From positions 1,236,575 through 1,300,574 of the forward strand of contig CP070837.1 of assembly GCA_020341815.1 (NCBI GenBank): a stretch of DNA of 64,000 bases. The letters are read 5' to 3'. The position numbers and the translations under genes were made by a program. The notes under the pieces were generated by a model, which was not told the origin of the DNA, ran no database searches, and worked only from the letters and a program-made list of their open reading frames with translations. Origin of the DNA: Candidatus Omnitrophota bacterium (GTDB taxonomy: Bacteria; Omnitrophota; Gorgyraeia; JAFGHF01). Shown piece after piece: positions 1 through 13,500 of the stretch (the stretch's first letter is position 1; every line of letters begins with the position of its first letter).

Positions 1-1590
1 TTAATACGCCCCAGTACGGGCACATTGCTTGGCGGCACAGGGACAAGATGGCAGAATGATTTAAAATCAGATGAACCGGATAAAGTCAAATTCAAAGATA
101 AATTAATAAATAACCTCCGTCCAGAATTAAGGGAATACATACATTATTTTAAGGCTGCAGTGTCTGTTGGAAAAACAGGCAAGACTGTTTTAAGCGTAGC
201 TCATATAGATAAAGAAAGCTTAATGCAGTCAGGAATGTTTATAATGACTAATGAGACGAATCGAGAGGTGGCTGAGGAGTTTATAAAGGCAGTTATAGAA
301 GAAGAGCTTGGTGAGCGTGATGCTGAAACGGCAATAGCGAAAACTATGATGGTGGTGCAGCGGATAACGCCACGCCGCGTGCCAACCGAAGAAATGGCGA
401 GGAAATATTTTGAAAGAGAGCCCGATAAAATCCCCAGAAAAAAGAACGGAAAAATTATACATAGACAGGTTAAGAAAATCTATAAATATTGCAGAGAGCA
501 CGCGGGCGAGATAGCTATTGATATGAAGACATTGCTGCCAAAAAATAAATTTGGCAGTTTGTTAACGAAATTAGCCGTATTTTTTAAAGCTTTTTTACCT
601 GCTGGATTGCGAAGAAGACTATTTTGTAACAGCGTCGTATTTGGTCCTGAGAATCATTGGGATTTCATAAAGTATTTTGTGGCAAAAGCCTTCTTCCTTA
701 AGGTGTTAAAGAATGTAATGAGGGATGGCCAGATTCACGACCATTTCAAGCGCCTTGGAAACCAGGATGAGTTAGGCGGCGCCTTGGGAGAAGGAAGGCC
801 TGGGGAATTATCCTGGAAGTGGCTGTTGCATTCAGCCCAATCAAAAGGAGGATTATATGAGTTGATAGATGATACTGAGAAGATGCCTCTTGCAAAATGG
901 GAAGATTATTGGAAGAGCTCTGATTTTAGAAAGCGAATCTTGGGAATTGCCGGTGCAGTAATTGAAGGGGGAAGCACACCGGGTTATACCACTGGCGGTG
1001 GGATAGGTATCTTGGTAAGAAATATAGCTGGTGAAATAATCAGAACTATAGGTGTTTCAGAGCGAGGAAATTCAGCGTTGGGCGAGGATAAGATACAGAC
1101 CAGTATTACCAACTCTAATACAATTACTTACAGTGTGTTGGCAATAGCCTTATCCTGTGGTTTGAGGCCCAGTGATATACAGAAAATGATAAAAGAAATG
1201 GATGGCAATAATGGCCAGCTGCCTCTTGAACAAGAGAGCAGATTAAGCGAAAGGGTAAGATTTTTAGAGCAGCAATTTGTCCCTGTGCGTTATCAGGTGA
1301 AGTTAAGGCCGGGTAATCGTCCGGTAGTGGGCCAGGAGCGCGATATACATGGTTTATTAGGCAGAGGAATGGGCGACTTGCTTGTAATTGGCGAAACTAA
1401 AGATACTTATAAGCAGAAGATACAGCAATTAGATGAATTGTTATTAAAAGAAGAAATTACTTCTGGCGAACACCAGATTAAAGAAGAAAGGATAGCAAAA
1501 GATTTCACATTTTTACCCGGCAAACAATTTGACCATCTGAAGAATAGACAAAGGGCGGAAAAAGCGTTGATAAGGGTTTTGAAATTAGAA
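1..1590 (+). other. Domain of giant ORF: UDP-sugar/UDP-GlcNAc pyrophosphorylase-like (UDPGP family), divergent
   Basis: LLGGTGTR (LAGGxGTR nucleotide-binding loop), IMTNETN, PENHWD (cf. PxGHGD) and GNQDEL (cf. NxDN), in the expected order. Confidence 0.6.
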
Positions 1591-4500
1591 AATTCAAGCT
1601 CTCCTATTAATCCTGTAGCAGAAATAGACAGCAGAGATAAGACTGTTGATTCATTTAAGATCCCTGAAGAAATGAAGAAAGGCAAAGAAGGCCTGATTGT
1701 CTATGAAGTTGTTAATATTGGAAAGGTCCGAAAAAGAGGAGAGCCTTGTGTTTGGATTTGGTTTAGGGAAGAAGGTATTGCTGCTTGGGGCAGGGGAGTA
1801 GTTTGTACAAAAGAAATTATATATCCAACTTACACTATGTCCTGGGGCAAATATAGGTTAGAAATTTCCCATGACAGATTTAAGAAAAAAATAGTATTTA
1901 AGATTATTTGTCAGTCTTTTAAAGAAGAAGGGCAAGATAAGTCATTTGAGGCGGTAGTTGTGCCACGGAAATCTTTCTTAAACTCTCTTTGTCCTATTAT
2001 GACAAAGGAAACCTCCAGCCCGGCCATTTCAAAGACACAGACCTTCGGCGTGGTGAAGATTGGTTCTTTCTCCTCCCCAACAGAACAAAAGCCGACTAGG
2101 AAGCAGTTAGTGCTCAAGGCCTATAGCGGAGATAAAAGGCCTTCATTTAGTGAGTTATACGAGATTTTAATAACGGCTAACCCTGCCATAGCCTGTACAC
2201 TGTCCAAAGAAGATTTTCTGAAATGGCTAAAGGAAAGTGGATTGTGTAAAAAGATATGGTCTATGGTGATAAAGCAGATATATAGAGAAGTATTTTGCAC
2301 GGTCGATGTTATCTTGGCGTATCCGCCTAAGATTAAAACGGAAGAAGAATTATATAAAGAATTTAAGGAGAAATATGGCTTTGAAGGACTTAAAGAAGAC
2401 AGTTTTTATAATTTTTTGAACTTTGAATTGGCTTCCAAAAATACGACCTGGCAGAAAGAACGCTATAGAGAAACAAGAAGAAGAAAACGGCTAATATTAC
2501 AAGCTATGTTTCTGGAACGTGACATCAACTCAATAGGTGACTTGCGGGAAGTATTGGAAGAAAAAATAAAAGACTATACATTTACAACTTCTGTTGTTAA
2601 AAAGCTGATGCACTGCACGGGATATACTTTTAAAGCTCTGCGGGAGGAGTTTTCTCCTCTGAAGAAACAGTCACAAGAAAGAAACCGGCGCATATTAGAA
2701 GCTGTGTTTCAAGAACATAAAGTCAGTTCAATAGATGAGCTAAGGGAACTATTGGAAAAAAAGTTAAACTGCAGACTCACAGTTAAGACCGTTGAGGGCA
2801 TGCTAAACAGCGCGAGGTATACTTTGGAAGGCCTGCAGAAGAAGTTTTCTTCCGGGCAGGATAAAGCAGGCAGTCCCGTTAAGTCTATAGAAATATCTGA
2901 TATAGGAAGAACTACGGATACAGTGGACGTTTCCGATGCAATGATGGAAGGAAAAGAAGGCATAATTGTCTATAGACTATTTGATTGCGGTAGTATTAGG
3001 CAAGAGGCTCGCATTTGGATTTTCTTTAGAAAAGGCCACATTATTGTTTCTGCTACGGGAGACTTAAAGCCTATATCAGAAGGCTGTTGGCACTATTGTC
3101 CATGGTGGAATAGTTATGACTTGGAAATCAGATATCTTTCAGGAGATAAAAAAATACGCTTCCAGGTTCCCCGCGATGAGACTTCTTATAGATCTAAATC
3201 TACTGTACAGGAAAAAAAGTTAAGGTTTAAGATAGAAGTTGTATCTCGGGAAGATGGCGTAAACTCTCTTTGGCCTGTTAAGGGAAAAGAAACCTCCAGC
3301 CCGGCCAATTCAAAGACACAGACCTTCGGCGCAGTGGTGAAGGTCGATTCTTTCTCCTCTATTTCATCCCCTATTTCAATAGCTAAGTTGATAGAAAAAT
3401 GGTATATAAGGCAATTAAAGTCTCCATTTAGTATTTTTGGAGGAGGTTTGCATGCGGAAATTGAGATTAGTATGCGAGCTGTTGGTAAACTAGAAAATAT
3501 AGGTAGTGAGCAAGCTATAAAAGCATTGGCTGAAACATTACAGAATATGAATGCCGATAAGAGTGTTCTTAGTAAAGTGGCGGATGCCTTAGGCAACAAT
3601 ATCTCTTTAGTAAAAAATGACGCTGTTATTAAGGAAAAGATAATTCCTGCGCTAATCAAAGCTTTATTTGAAAAACGTGGTTTAGATAATAGAAGGGATA
3701 TTATTACAAAACATGCAGCTTTATCATTAAATAAAGCCATTGATTATATAGAAGATAATCCTATTATAGAAGAAATAGCAACTAATTTGATTAAGGCTTT
3801 TAGACTTAACCGGGAGGAGGAGATTATCAATGCTTTATTAAAAATCAGAAATTTTGCTATTCCTCTTCTAATTAAAGACTTAAAAAGCCCAGATGGCAAT
3901 GTCCGCCGCTCCGCCGCCAAGGCCTTAAGCTACTTTGGTCCTGAGCCCATTCCTCTTCTAATTAAAGACTTAAAAAGCCCAGATAATGATGTACGTCGGA
4001 AGGTCGTTGAAGCCTTAAGCTACTTTGGTCCTGAGGCCAAAGAAGCTGTTCCTGTATTAGTTAGAACTTTAGCTGATAAAGATAAATTTATTTTTGGCGC
4101 GGCAGTTTATGCCTTATATTGCATAACAGGAATTCCTTCAAACGAGATACTGCATAATTATTTGCAGAAAGGTGCTATTTCTAACGAAATTGCAGAACAA
4201 GCATCAATTAATATCGGTCCTGAAGCGGCAAAAACATTAATAGAGGTAGTTGGAATTAGTAAAAAATATGAACCAGAAGTAGTAAAAATATTGAAAGGTA
4301 ATGGACTAATAGCAAGATTTTTACTTATGGCAAGATTGAATGATAGATTATCTGGGATTGCCGATAATTTGTTGGCACGGCAAGGAGATTATTGTAAGCA
4401 AATATTGAATGACGACACAAGGCAATTATTTAATATCTTTTCTGAAGACATGTCTATAACTTCTCAAGAGGAATGGACAAAAAGATTTATGGATATTAAG

Positions 4501-7500
4501 GATGATAAACTATTTACTTATTGCATTATCCGCGCCAGGTATTTTATTAATAATTTTTCTGAGAAATCAAAATGGGATAATTTTATAAATTATTTGGATA
4601 GCAATAAAATCCATAATATCCAGGCGGTAAGCGATTTTCATTGTTATACAGGAGAATGTGTGAAATGTTGTGAAAAATGGCCCGTATCAATGACGATGCT
4701 CGATTTATACCGTATACGGTTTATTTTGCAGCAGCGAAAAGTTAGAAAGAGCCTAAAGGACTTATTTATAGAGAATGTTGATGCAACACATTTCTATATC
4801 TCTATTGTTGATAATGGATTTGTTGAAGTTATTCCTCGATTCAATCAACCATGCCCATTTATAGATTATGAGAATATGAATTGCAGTATCTATGATGTCA
4901 GGCCGTTAATATGCCGTATTTTCCCGGGATATACTATAAATAGTATAGCTAAAGAAAAGACACTGTCTTATAAAAAAGAAGGTCTTAAGTGCATTAAAGA
5001 AGGCATAAATATCTCTGAGGCAAGAAGCACATATCTTTATAAACTCCAAATAGCTAAATGGGAAGAAGAAATGTTTACAATTGACGAAATGGATTTGCAT
5101 ATAGAGGATGAAGGTATTATGAATGATACGCCAAGTTCTTATTGGGATATTGCAGTACAGAAAGATACATATAAAAAAATCATAACAAAGTTGATACAAC
5201 TTGATAATTCGGACAATTTAAATGAATTTCTTAAAAAAGCATTAATATATATTCAGCGGTTTAAGTTATTAGAGTATGGAGAGAATCTATTTGATGAGGA
5301 AATTCAATCCTCTCCTGTAGTCGGCGCAGTGGTGAGGATTGGGTATATAAATAATATAAATAGGGACAGCGACCATTTTAACGACTACCCAACGCAAGAA
5401 CCGAAGCAGGCAAGTACGCCGGATGAAAAGGTGGGCAGTTCGCCCGTGAAAAGTAATATAGTTTATCTGGAGACTTCCAATATCTTAGATGGAAATTGGA
5501 GAGAGAGATTAAACTCTTTGAGGATGTTAAGGCCTAAGAGACCACTAACATTGCTTTGTGGAGGCATATCAAGACAAATTACATCAACATTGTGCAATGT
5601 TACTTCCCATATTTGGACGACAGATACCTTGACTATGCTTACATACTCAGTTCCGCTGGCAGTAATTATCTCAATCTTTCTACGGGATTTGGTCGGATCG
5701 CAGCCTATGCTTAACGCTGCATCGCTGGGAATGCTGGTAATGCTAGCTCCTGTATCCAGAGCCATCGTTAGAAAGACAGGTTTACCTTTATTACCTTTTA
5801 AGGATATATTGATAGGTATTAGATGTAATTTTGGATTGAGGAAATATTTAGCCATAAATATTGAAGGCTGCAGCATATCCTTTAGGCAGGTCATCTTGAG
5901 AATAGGTAACAAAAATAGGATATTTAGAGTTATACTTGGCTATTTCTTTATATATAGTTGTTCTGTCAGGGCTGTGATCAAGAAGCTGTCCAGTGATGGG
6001 TTTAGCGTTTTTCACTTGCTTTACTTTTATCAAGAGCCATTCGTTTTTGAAAGCTTTTTTGATGTTGTCTATTTTCTGGATATTCTTCATCATTCTGCAC
6101 CTCCTGCCATTGGAGCGTTCCATAAGCGCCTTTATCTTTATAACATAGGCCATTTTGAAAGTCAAGGTAAAAAGGTAGGCCAGGAGTCGGGAATCCTGCT
6201 ATCCTCTTCGCCGGTTAAAGAAACCTCCAGCCCCGCCAATTCAAAGACACAGACCTTCGGCGCAGTGGTGAAGGTCGATTCTTTCTCCTCCCCAGCAGAA
6301 CAAAAGCCGATTGGACAGGGTAAGGGCAGCAGCCCCGTCAGGGCAAAGAAAAAGCCTGCTAAAACTGAATTTCAGAGATTGGAAAAAGAGGTCGGGAGAG
6401 TTTTGGAAATAGGCAGTGTGAGCGATTTAGATGAAATGTTCAATACATTAGAGAGCTTTATGGAGGGCAGTAGGAACGATAAAGAAATTGAAGAAGCTCG
6501 CAAGTTGCAGATAAAAGTTTTAAATAGAATTAACTATTTTGAAAATATGCAAAAACAGTGCATCTTTTTACAAAGGAAAGTTAATAGAGCCAAGGAATTA
6601 TATGATGCAGGAAATTTTACTGAGGCGCAAGATTGTCTTAATGAAATATCGCTGCCAGATATCCAAGATGGCTTTGAAACACAAATCGGCCATATCAATC
6701 GTCAGATAGAGGAATTAAGAGGCTTGTTGCAGCAGGAATTATCGGCATTAGATTTGTATAGAGAGGCCGAAAATGTATTGGAAGACAAAGATGCGCCTGT
6801 AGAAATACTGCAGGAAATACATGCGCGGATGTTAAATATAAATCCTGTAGAAGAGAATAAATCATTCCAGAAGTTGAAAAATATGCTAAACTCCCGCATT
6901 ATTTTAGAACGGAAGAGAATTGCAGAAAATAATCTAAAGAGACAGAAGGCGTTGGAAAAAACGTTGGAAGAGATGGACTCTATGCCGACTCATAAGATGG
7001 ATAATCTTATTCAATCCGGGAAGTTTAATCCGGAAGAAGTAAAGACTTTAGAGAGAAGACGCAATAAAATCGAGAGAAAAAGGGAGGAAGAGGAATTAAA
7101 CATAATATTTAATAAAGCTATAAAACTTGTGCAGTCTGGCAAAGCAAAGAAGGCTTTGCAAATGATTGATAGAGAAATTAAAATTTGTAATGCCACTTCT
7201 GAAAATACTTTAAGAGACCATAGAAGAAAAATAAGATTATTAATTCAGATATTAAAGGAAGAGCTTAAAAGGATATTTCTAAAATTTGGTTTTGTTGAAG
7301 AAGGGGATATAGCAGTGGCGAGAGATGTATTTAAGAATGTTGATATTCTATCGAATAGAGAAAGAATAAGAATGGGTATAAAAACATTGGAATTACTTGC
7401 ATTTGGTCCGGAACAGAGCTTATTAGAAATAGATCAGGGTTTATCTAGGGATTCTTTGTCTCTTGAATCTCTTTCTTTGTTTGCTATTGTTTGTGGAGCA

Positions 7501-10500
7501 AATGTTACATGTTGTGTTTCAAATGAATATAATAAAGAAGTCTTACAATTGAATATAAATAATCGTCTCAAGGAGATTGGTCATTTAATGATTAACGGGT
7601 TAAAATTAGGCAGAGTTTCTTGGGTAATAGGGTCTATTCATCGGGAAGATATAGTCAGACAATTGCAGAAAAGAGGCCCATTTACCCGTATTATTCATTC
7701 GCAAGCTATAAACCCATCTAAAAATAATGCGGAATATATTAAAAAAACTTACAATTCATTAGTCGGCCTATTAGAACCAAAATCAAAATCAGTCCTTTGT
7801 GTAAGCTGGAAAGAAAGAGATGGCTGTGGCATGTGTAGGTTAATAACTGAGTTGGTAACAGGCTCTTGCAATGCATGTGATTGCGATAGAGGGATGCTTG
7901 AAGAAGAGCTGAAAAATGTATTTGAAACAAATGGTTTATCAGTTAAGAAAAAGGCTATTGTAAAGGAGCCTTTAATTCCCGCAGAAGGAACTAATAGATA
8001 TATCTATATATTAGAAGGCAACCAGTCCTCTCCTGTAGTCGGCGCAGTGGTGCAAATTAATTCTTTCTCCTCAAATGCCCACTCCAGCCCTGCTGAGGCA
8101 AGGGAATTGGAGCGGGGAATGAAGGATGCTTTTGCTGCAAATCCAGATGAATGGCTTGAAGATTGTAGCGCGGAAACCAAATTATTCAGGCCGGGTGATG
8201 GCGTAAGGCCCCTGCAAAGGTATGCTCCGTATTTTATAGAAATCGTGGCCAGGGCTATTGTTTATGGGCTTGGCTGGCTGCCGAAGGAAAATATCCAAAG
8301 CGGCCTTCCCGCTGCGGAGTTAAATAAGGCTATCACCTGGCATCTGGTGCAGGGGTTAGAGAATTTAGGATTACAGAAAGGGGTTTCTTTTGAGGTATGG
8401 ATTAGGGAGACTCAAAGGAAGATGATTTCCGGCACTAATAAGGTAGGAGACATAATCGGCGATGAATCTGCAAAGAGATTTTTAATTTATTATGACCCTG
8501 TGGAGAACTCCGCTGGTGTCTCAGGCAAGAATGCGCAGGAGGTAATGACGGTTCTGGTATGCATTGATGGAGACAAAGAGCGCTTGTCTGCTATTCCTGA
8601 TGGCCTCTATATAGACCAGTTCATTTTGGGGGATGGGTTTAGAAAGGTGGACTTGGATTTTGGCAATATCGTGGGCACTTTAGAAAGCGCAGCCGGCGCA
8701 AGGCTAGGACAGATGAAAATAGTTATGTTAGGCCGAGAGGCAAACAGAGATATTATAGAGGAGTTGGTAAAATCAAAGAGAATACCTGTAAGAACTAAGA
8801 ATTTAGACCAAATGCAGGAGGCTTGGGAGAAAAGCGAAAGCGGAATCTGGCACAACGGGAATCTGATATTCTTCAAACAGGGCATTGCCGCAGCCGGCCC
8901 TTGGCTTGCTTCGGGGAAGGCCGATGTTGTATTGGGCCGCGCTCAACAAGAAGCCTTAATAGTGGCCCTGATGGCGCTATGCGCAGGCAAGGGGTGTCAG
9001 TTTGGATTAGAGCTATGTAATAAAGATAGAGAAAGAGGAAACTTCTCTGATGAGGACCTGGCGATTATGGATCAGGCTGATATCGGCCCTCCCGGGGCAA
9101 AAGGGCATCGGTTTAAATGGGATCAGCCGATTACAAATGAGACCATTGGAAAACCCAGGGATATTTCTGTTACTTGCGGCTATATTAAAGACAGCTCAAT
9201 AATTGGCTTGAAAGGCGTGCACGCAGAAGGCGATTTAGCTTTTGGAGATGTCATAACCTTAGGGTTGGGCGGAAGAAAGTGGGCCGGCAGATTAAAATAT
9301 AGGATAAAAGAGACAACATCTCCAGAAAAAGAAACTTCGGAAAACTGGGCAAGGCATTTTTATAATAGCGCAAAGCCAGATTATGTCTTTGGCCAGCATG
9401 AGCAGGCAGAGCAGCATGTTAACCATGCACTGCAGTTAGAATGCGATAATCCAGCATATTTAGCGGCAAAATTTTATCTTGAGGGAATAAGATTATTGCT
9501 GGAGTCACCTTCCCCGGAGGTTCTTGAGAAGGCCTGGAATAAGTTCTGGCAGGCGTTTAAGATATCTGCCGGCCATTTGAGCGAGGTCTTTGATGCTGGA
9601 AAAATACTGAAGAAGATGGTTTTTTATATGACAAACGTGAGCCACAGCACAAGGCTATATTGCAAGACATCGGCAGAGCTCTTTATGGGTATTGAGCTTG
9701 CCTACCTGAGGCAGATTCGCTATTTGCGCGAGAAAGAAACAGCCGTATTAAGATTTGTCTATAGCAAATATTCTCCCGAGCCTGGCTCCCGCGATGATTA
9801 TGGAAAGAGGTTAATATTGGCCCATTTAAAATACTACGGCTTAATAGAGCGGCTTGCCGCAGGCGATAGCAGCCTTGACCAAACTGTGGTGAACGGCGAG
9901 CTAATTCCAATATTTAAAGAGATGCAAGCAGCATTTGCCGGATTGAAGTACAATTGGGATGCCTGGGAGCTTCTATTGCTTGCTCTTAGCTGTTACGGGG
10001 ACACTCCTGTAACTGACTGGGGCGGCCTGGCTATGGGTAATGGTATCTGGCTGGCGGCCCAGGAGGCCCTGAAGGTAGGTTTTAAGCAAAAGGCGATAGA
10101 AGAGTTGGAGAAACTGCTGTTTTTTAATAGATTTAAAGCCATATTTATAGGTAATGCATTGCAGATAACATTGAGACAGCTTGAGGAAGGCAAAACACTA
10201 ACCGCCGATAAGCAGATGGGGATTAGAGAAGCAGAAGAAGCCGCTAGGATGTATTATACAGGGGGCGCAAATTGGCATTTGCTTAAGAAGGCTTTCTTTA
10301 GCTATATCGGCTTAATAATGAAATATGAGGGAAAAAGCGCAAAAGAGATAGCCCAGGTAAAGGAAAGCATTGAGAAGTGGCTCCAGGAGAACAATGTTAA
10401 CCATCTAAGATTAGAGAAAAGAGACGGAGAGGTCTTTGTCTATTTTGAAGACTGGAAATGGAGTTTTGAAAGATTGCCCTTATCAGAATTTATAGAAAAT

Positions 10501-13500
10501 AATATAAAGAAGGTATCCCAAAGAAAAGTAAAAACTAAAGTCACCTTTTGGCCAAAAGGGATTTACAGTGATAAAATGGAGTATCGTGCTAAAAGAGTTT
10601 TTACGGTAATTTGTAACGTTACAGGAATTGGCTTAATTTTTGTGAACTTTGGATGGAAATGGGCAACTGTATTCGCTATCTTTTTTGCAGCTTTGACCTG
10701 GATTGCGATAAAGGCCTGGCAGAAGATAAAACTCTTTATAAAATCCAAAAAAGGTGAAGATGCATATTATGATGATTCACAGACAACGGATAATCAAGAT
10801 TCTGGCGATGTATCAAGCAGCCCGATAAATATCTTTGAAAAGGATACCGCGCAGAATATTAGAGAAAAGAATAGAATTAAGCAGCAGCCCTCCAGCTCAC
10901 CGGCTGATAATGCTGAAAATAAGCTTGCTACCTTGACTCTTGAGGTAAGAAAAATACAATATTTATGGAATTTGTATGAATATCATTTTACGCTACCGCC
11001 TTCAGGATTAAAGACTAATATGCTCGGGCATATTGAAGACCCTGAATTTTTTCATGTTTATTTTGAAAATTCATTACACATAAAAGATTTTTTCGCTACT
11101 TTAGCCGCAACAGCAGATGAATCCACCGAAGAGATATTAGAAATATTAAAGAGAAGAAATATTCTATATTTTGCCGCTTTCGCTATCAATGGCTCAAATA
11201 AAGTTCCTATAGGATTCGGTTTATATTATATAGATAAGAATCATCTAGGGCATCATGTAGCAAAATGGATATTCCTCACACTTTCCGGAAACGATGTTTC
11301 AGGATTTATGAAAAATTATTTGCATGTTTTAAAGAAAAATATCGGAATGAAGAGCGAATATTTAGTTTGTAAACTTCCGAAAAGCTTTAAGTGCAGCACC
11401 CTTTCTTTAAATGAAGAGTCTGCAAAGTCGGATCATGTAAATCCATTGAATAGTGGATTTCCTTCTTTAAGCAATCTTCTCAATCCCGATACTTCTAAAT
11501 ATGATGTTTATCTTGCTGGAGAATTAACTGAAGAATTAAAAGAAGTATTTCCTGCCCAGCCTTTCTGGAAATTTTTACAATGTCCGGTTAAAGTTATAAA
11601 AGGGCATCTGAAACTTCTTATTTCTTCCAGTCCTGCGCAGGGAAAACCATTAAATATTCTTTTAGTAAAGCCAAGGCCTAAAAATCAGGAGATAAGCTCA
11701 CTTTGGTATCCGCTTGGTTTGATGAGCGTAGCATCTTTCTTGATAGATTCGGGACATAAGATAAAAATCTTAGATTTACAGATTATGTCAAAAAATTTCA
11801 ATTTCACAGAGTATATTGGGCAATTCCCTCCGGATATCATAGGGATAGGTGCTTTAACAGTTGAAATTGATGAGGCAGAGAAGTTATGCAGGGATGCTAA
11901 GCGTCTATTTCCCGATATGTTGGCAGTGTTAGGGGGAAATCATATTTCTGCTTTACCGGAAGAGGTTATGCAGGATACAGTTTTTGATGTGGGGGTTATT
12001 GGTGAAGGGGAAGAAACCTTCGCCGAACTTGTTAGGCACATATCGTTAGGCCTAATGGATTTATCACTCATAAAGGGAATCATTTATAAGACAAAAGAGG
12101 GAAAAATTAAAAAGACTGCACCGCGGGAGCTTATGAAAATTGAAAAATATCCTATGGCTTCTGAAAGTATAGATTTATTGGAAGTTAAAAAATATCCATT
12201 ACATAGAGGAGCAATTTTTACATCAAGAAAATGTCCGGGAAGATGTATTTTTTGTGCCTCACAGAAAATATTTGGAGACAGGAAATTAAATGATATCAAA
12301 AGTGCAGAAAGCATCTTTGGGGAGATTATGTATCTATACAATCGCAATATAAGAACAATAGATATATTAGACGATACTTTTACAATAAATAAGCAAAGAG
12401 TATTGAAATTAGCCGATTTAATAGAACAATCAAGAATAAAAATAAAATTCTTTATTTCAACACGGGCGGATTTTATAGATAAGAAGATAGCAGATGCCTT
12501 GAAGCGAATGGGTTGCGTAACTGTCAGGATAGGGGTGGAATCCGGCGACCAAGAATTGTTGGATAAGGTGATTGATAAAGGCATAAAATTACAACAGGTT
12601 ATTGATGCTACAAGGCTGTTACAGGAAATTAAAATATATATGGTGCACTATTTTATATTTGGTCTGCCGGACCAGAATTGGGATAGCGTTAGAAAATCGG
12701 CTCGATTTATGTTAAAAAATCCTCCAAATAGAGTAAATGTTTTTATGGCAGTGCCTATTCCCGGTTCCAGTTTGTATAGCGACCCAAGAATATCTGTAGT
12801 TGACCGAGAGAATTATTCTCTATATTACTCTATGCCATTAAGCACAGAAGCATTTTCTCGCCTTCCTTGCTTTACAAAAACCAATGTGATGAATAGCGGA
12901 AATATAAGTTTGGCCCGTTGGGCATCAATGGAAATCTTTAGAAATAGAAAAAATCCGAGAATTGTTAAGAAATGGATGAAAAAAATAGGGGTTTCCTCCC
13001 CGGTTTCATTTCTGGACAGGGCAGAAAATAAACTCAAGAGTATGGGGTATTTGGTGGAAAATAATCTTTTTTATTTTATATATGAACAAATCCTGCGCCA
13101 TATAAATTTGGACATGAAAAAGGCAGACTTTATGGATACGCGGGATGTTAGGTTAAAGGCAAGAAGGATAATAAATTTAATTTCTGCTATGAAAAATTTG
13201 GGCTATTTAGATAAAAAAGCCGATATAGTGAAATTTCTTGCTTACGGGTTAAAGCCAGAATTTTCTGATGACCTTGAGAATATGAATTACCGAGATCTTA
13301 CCGATGCGGCAATTTGCCAGTTAATTTATATTATATTAGATGGCTTATTGTGTGAAACCGGAGGGGAAATAGCAGTCTTTAACAGCGCTTCCAAACCCGT
13401 GATACTAGTTTTCCCTGATGGAAATATAGATATGCCTGATAGGCTGTGCTTGCTTATAGATATCGATTTTGATAGAGCAGGGCAGGAAATCCTGTATAAA

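Noticed and set aside
25-27. TTG start assigned to the giant ORF by the ORF track
   Set aside because: The frame is open to base 1, there is no SD, and the codon lies within the LLGGTGTR motif. The true start is upstream of the window.
2005-6312. Linker repeats as a CRISPR array
   Set aside because: Spacing is hundreds to thousands of nt and irregular, the repeats are in-frame coding sequence, and no cas genes are present.
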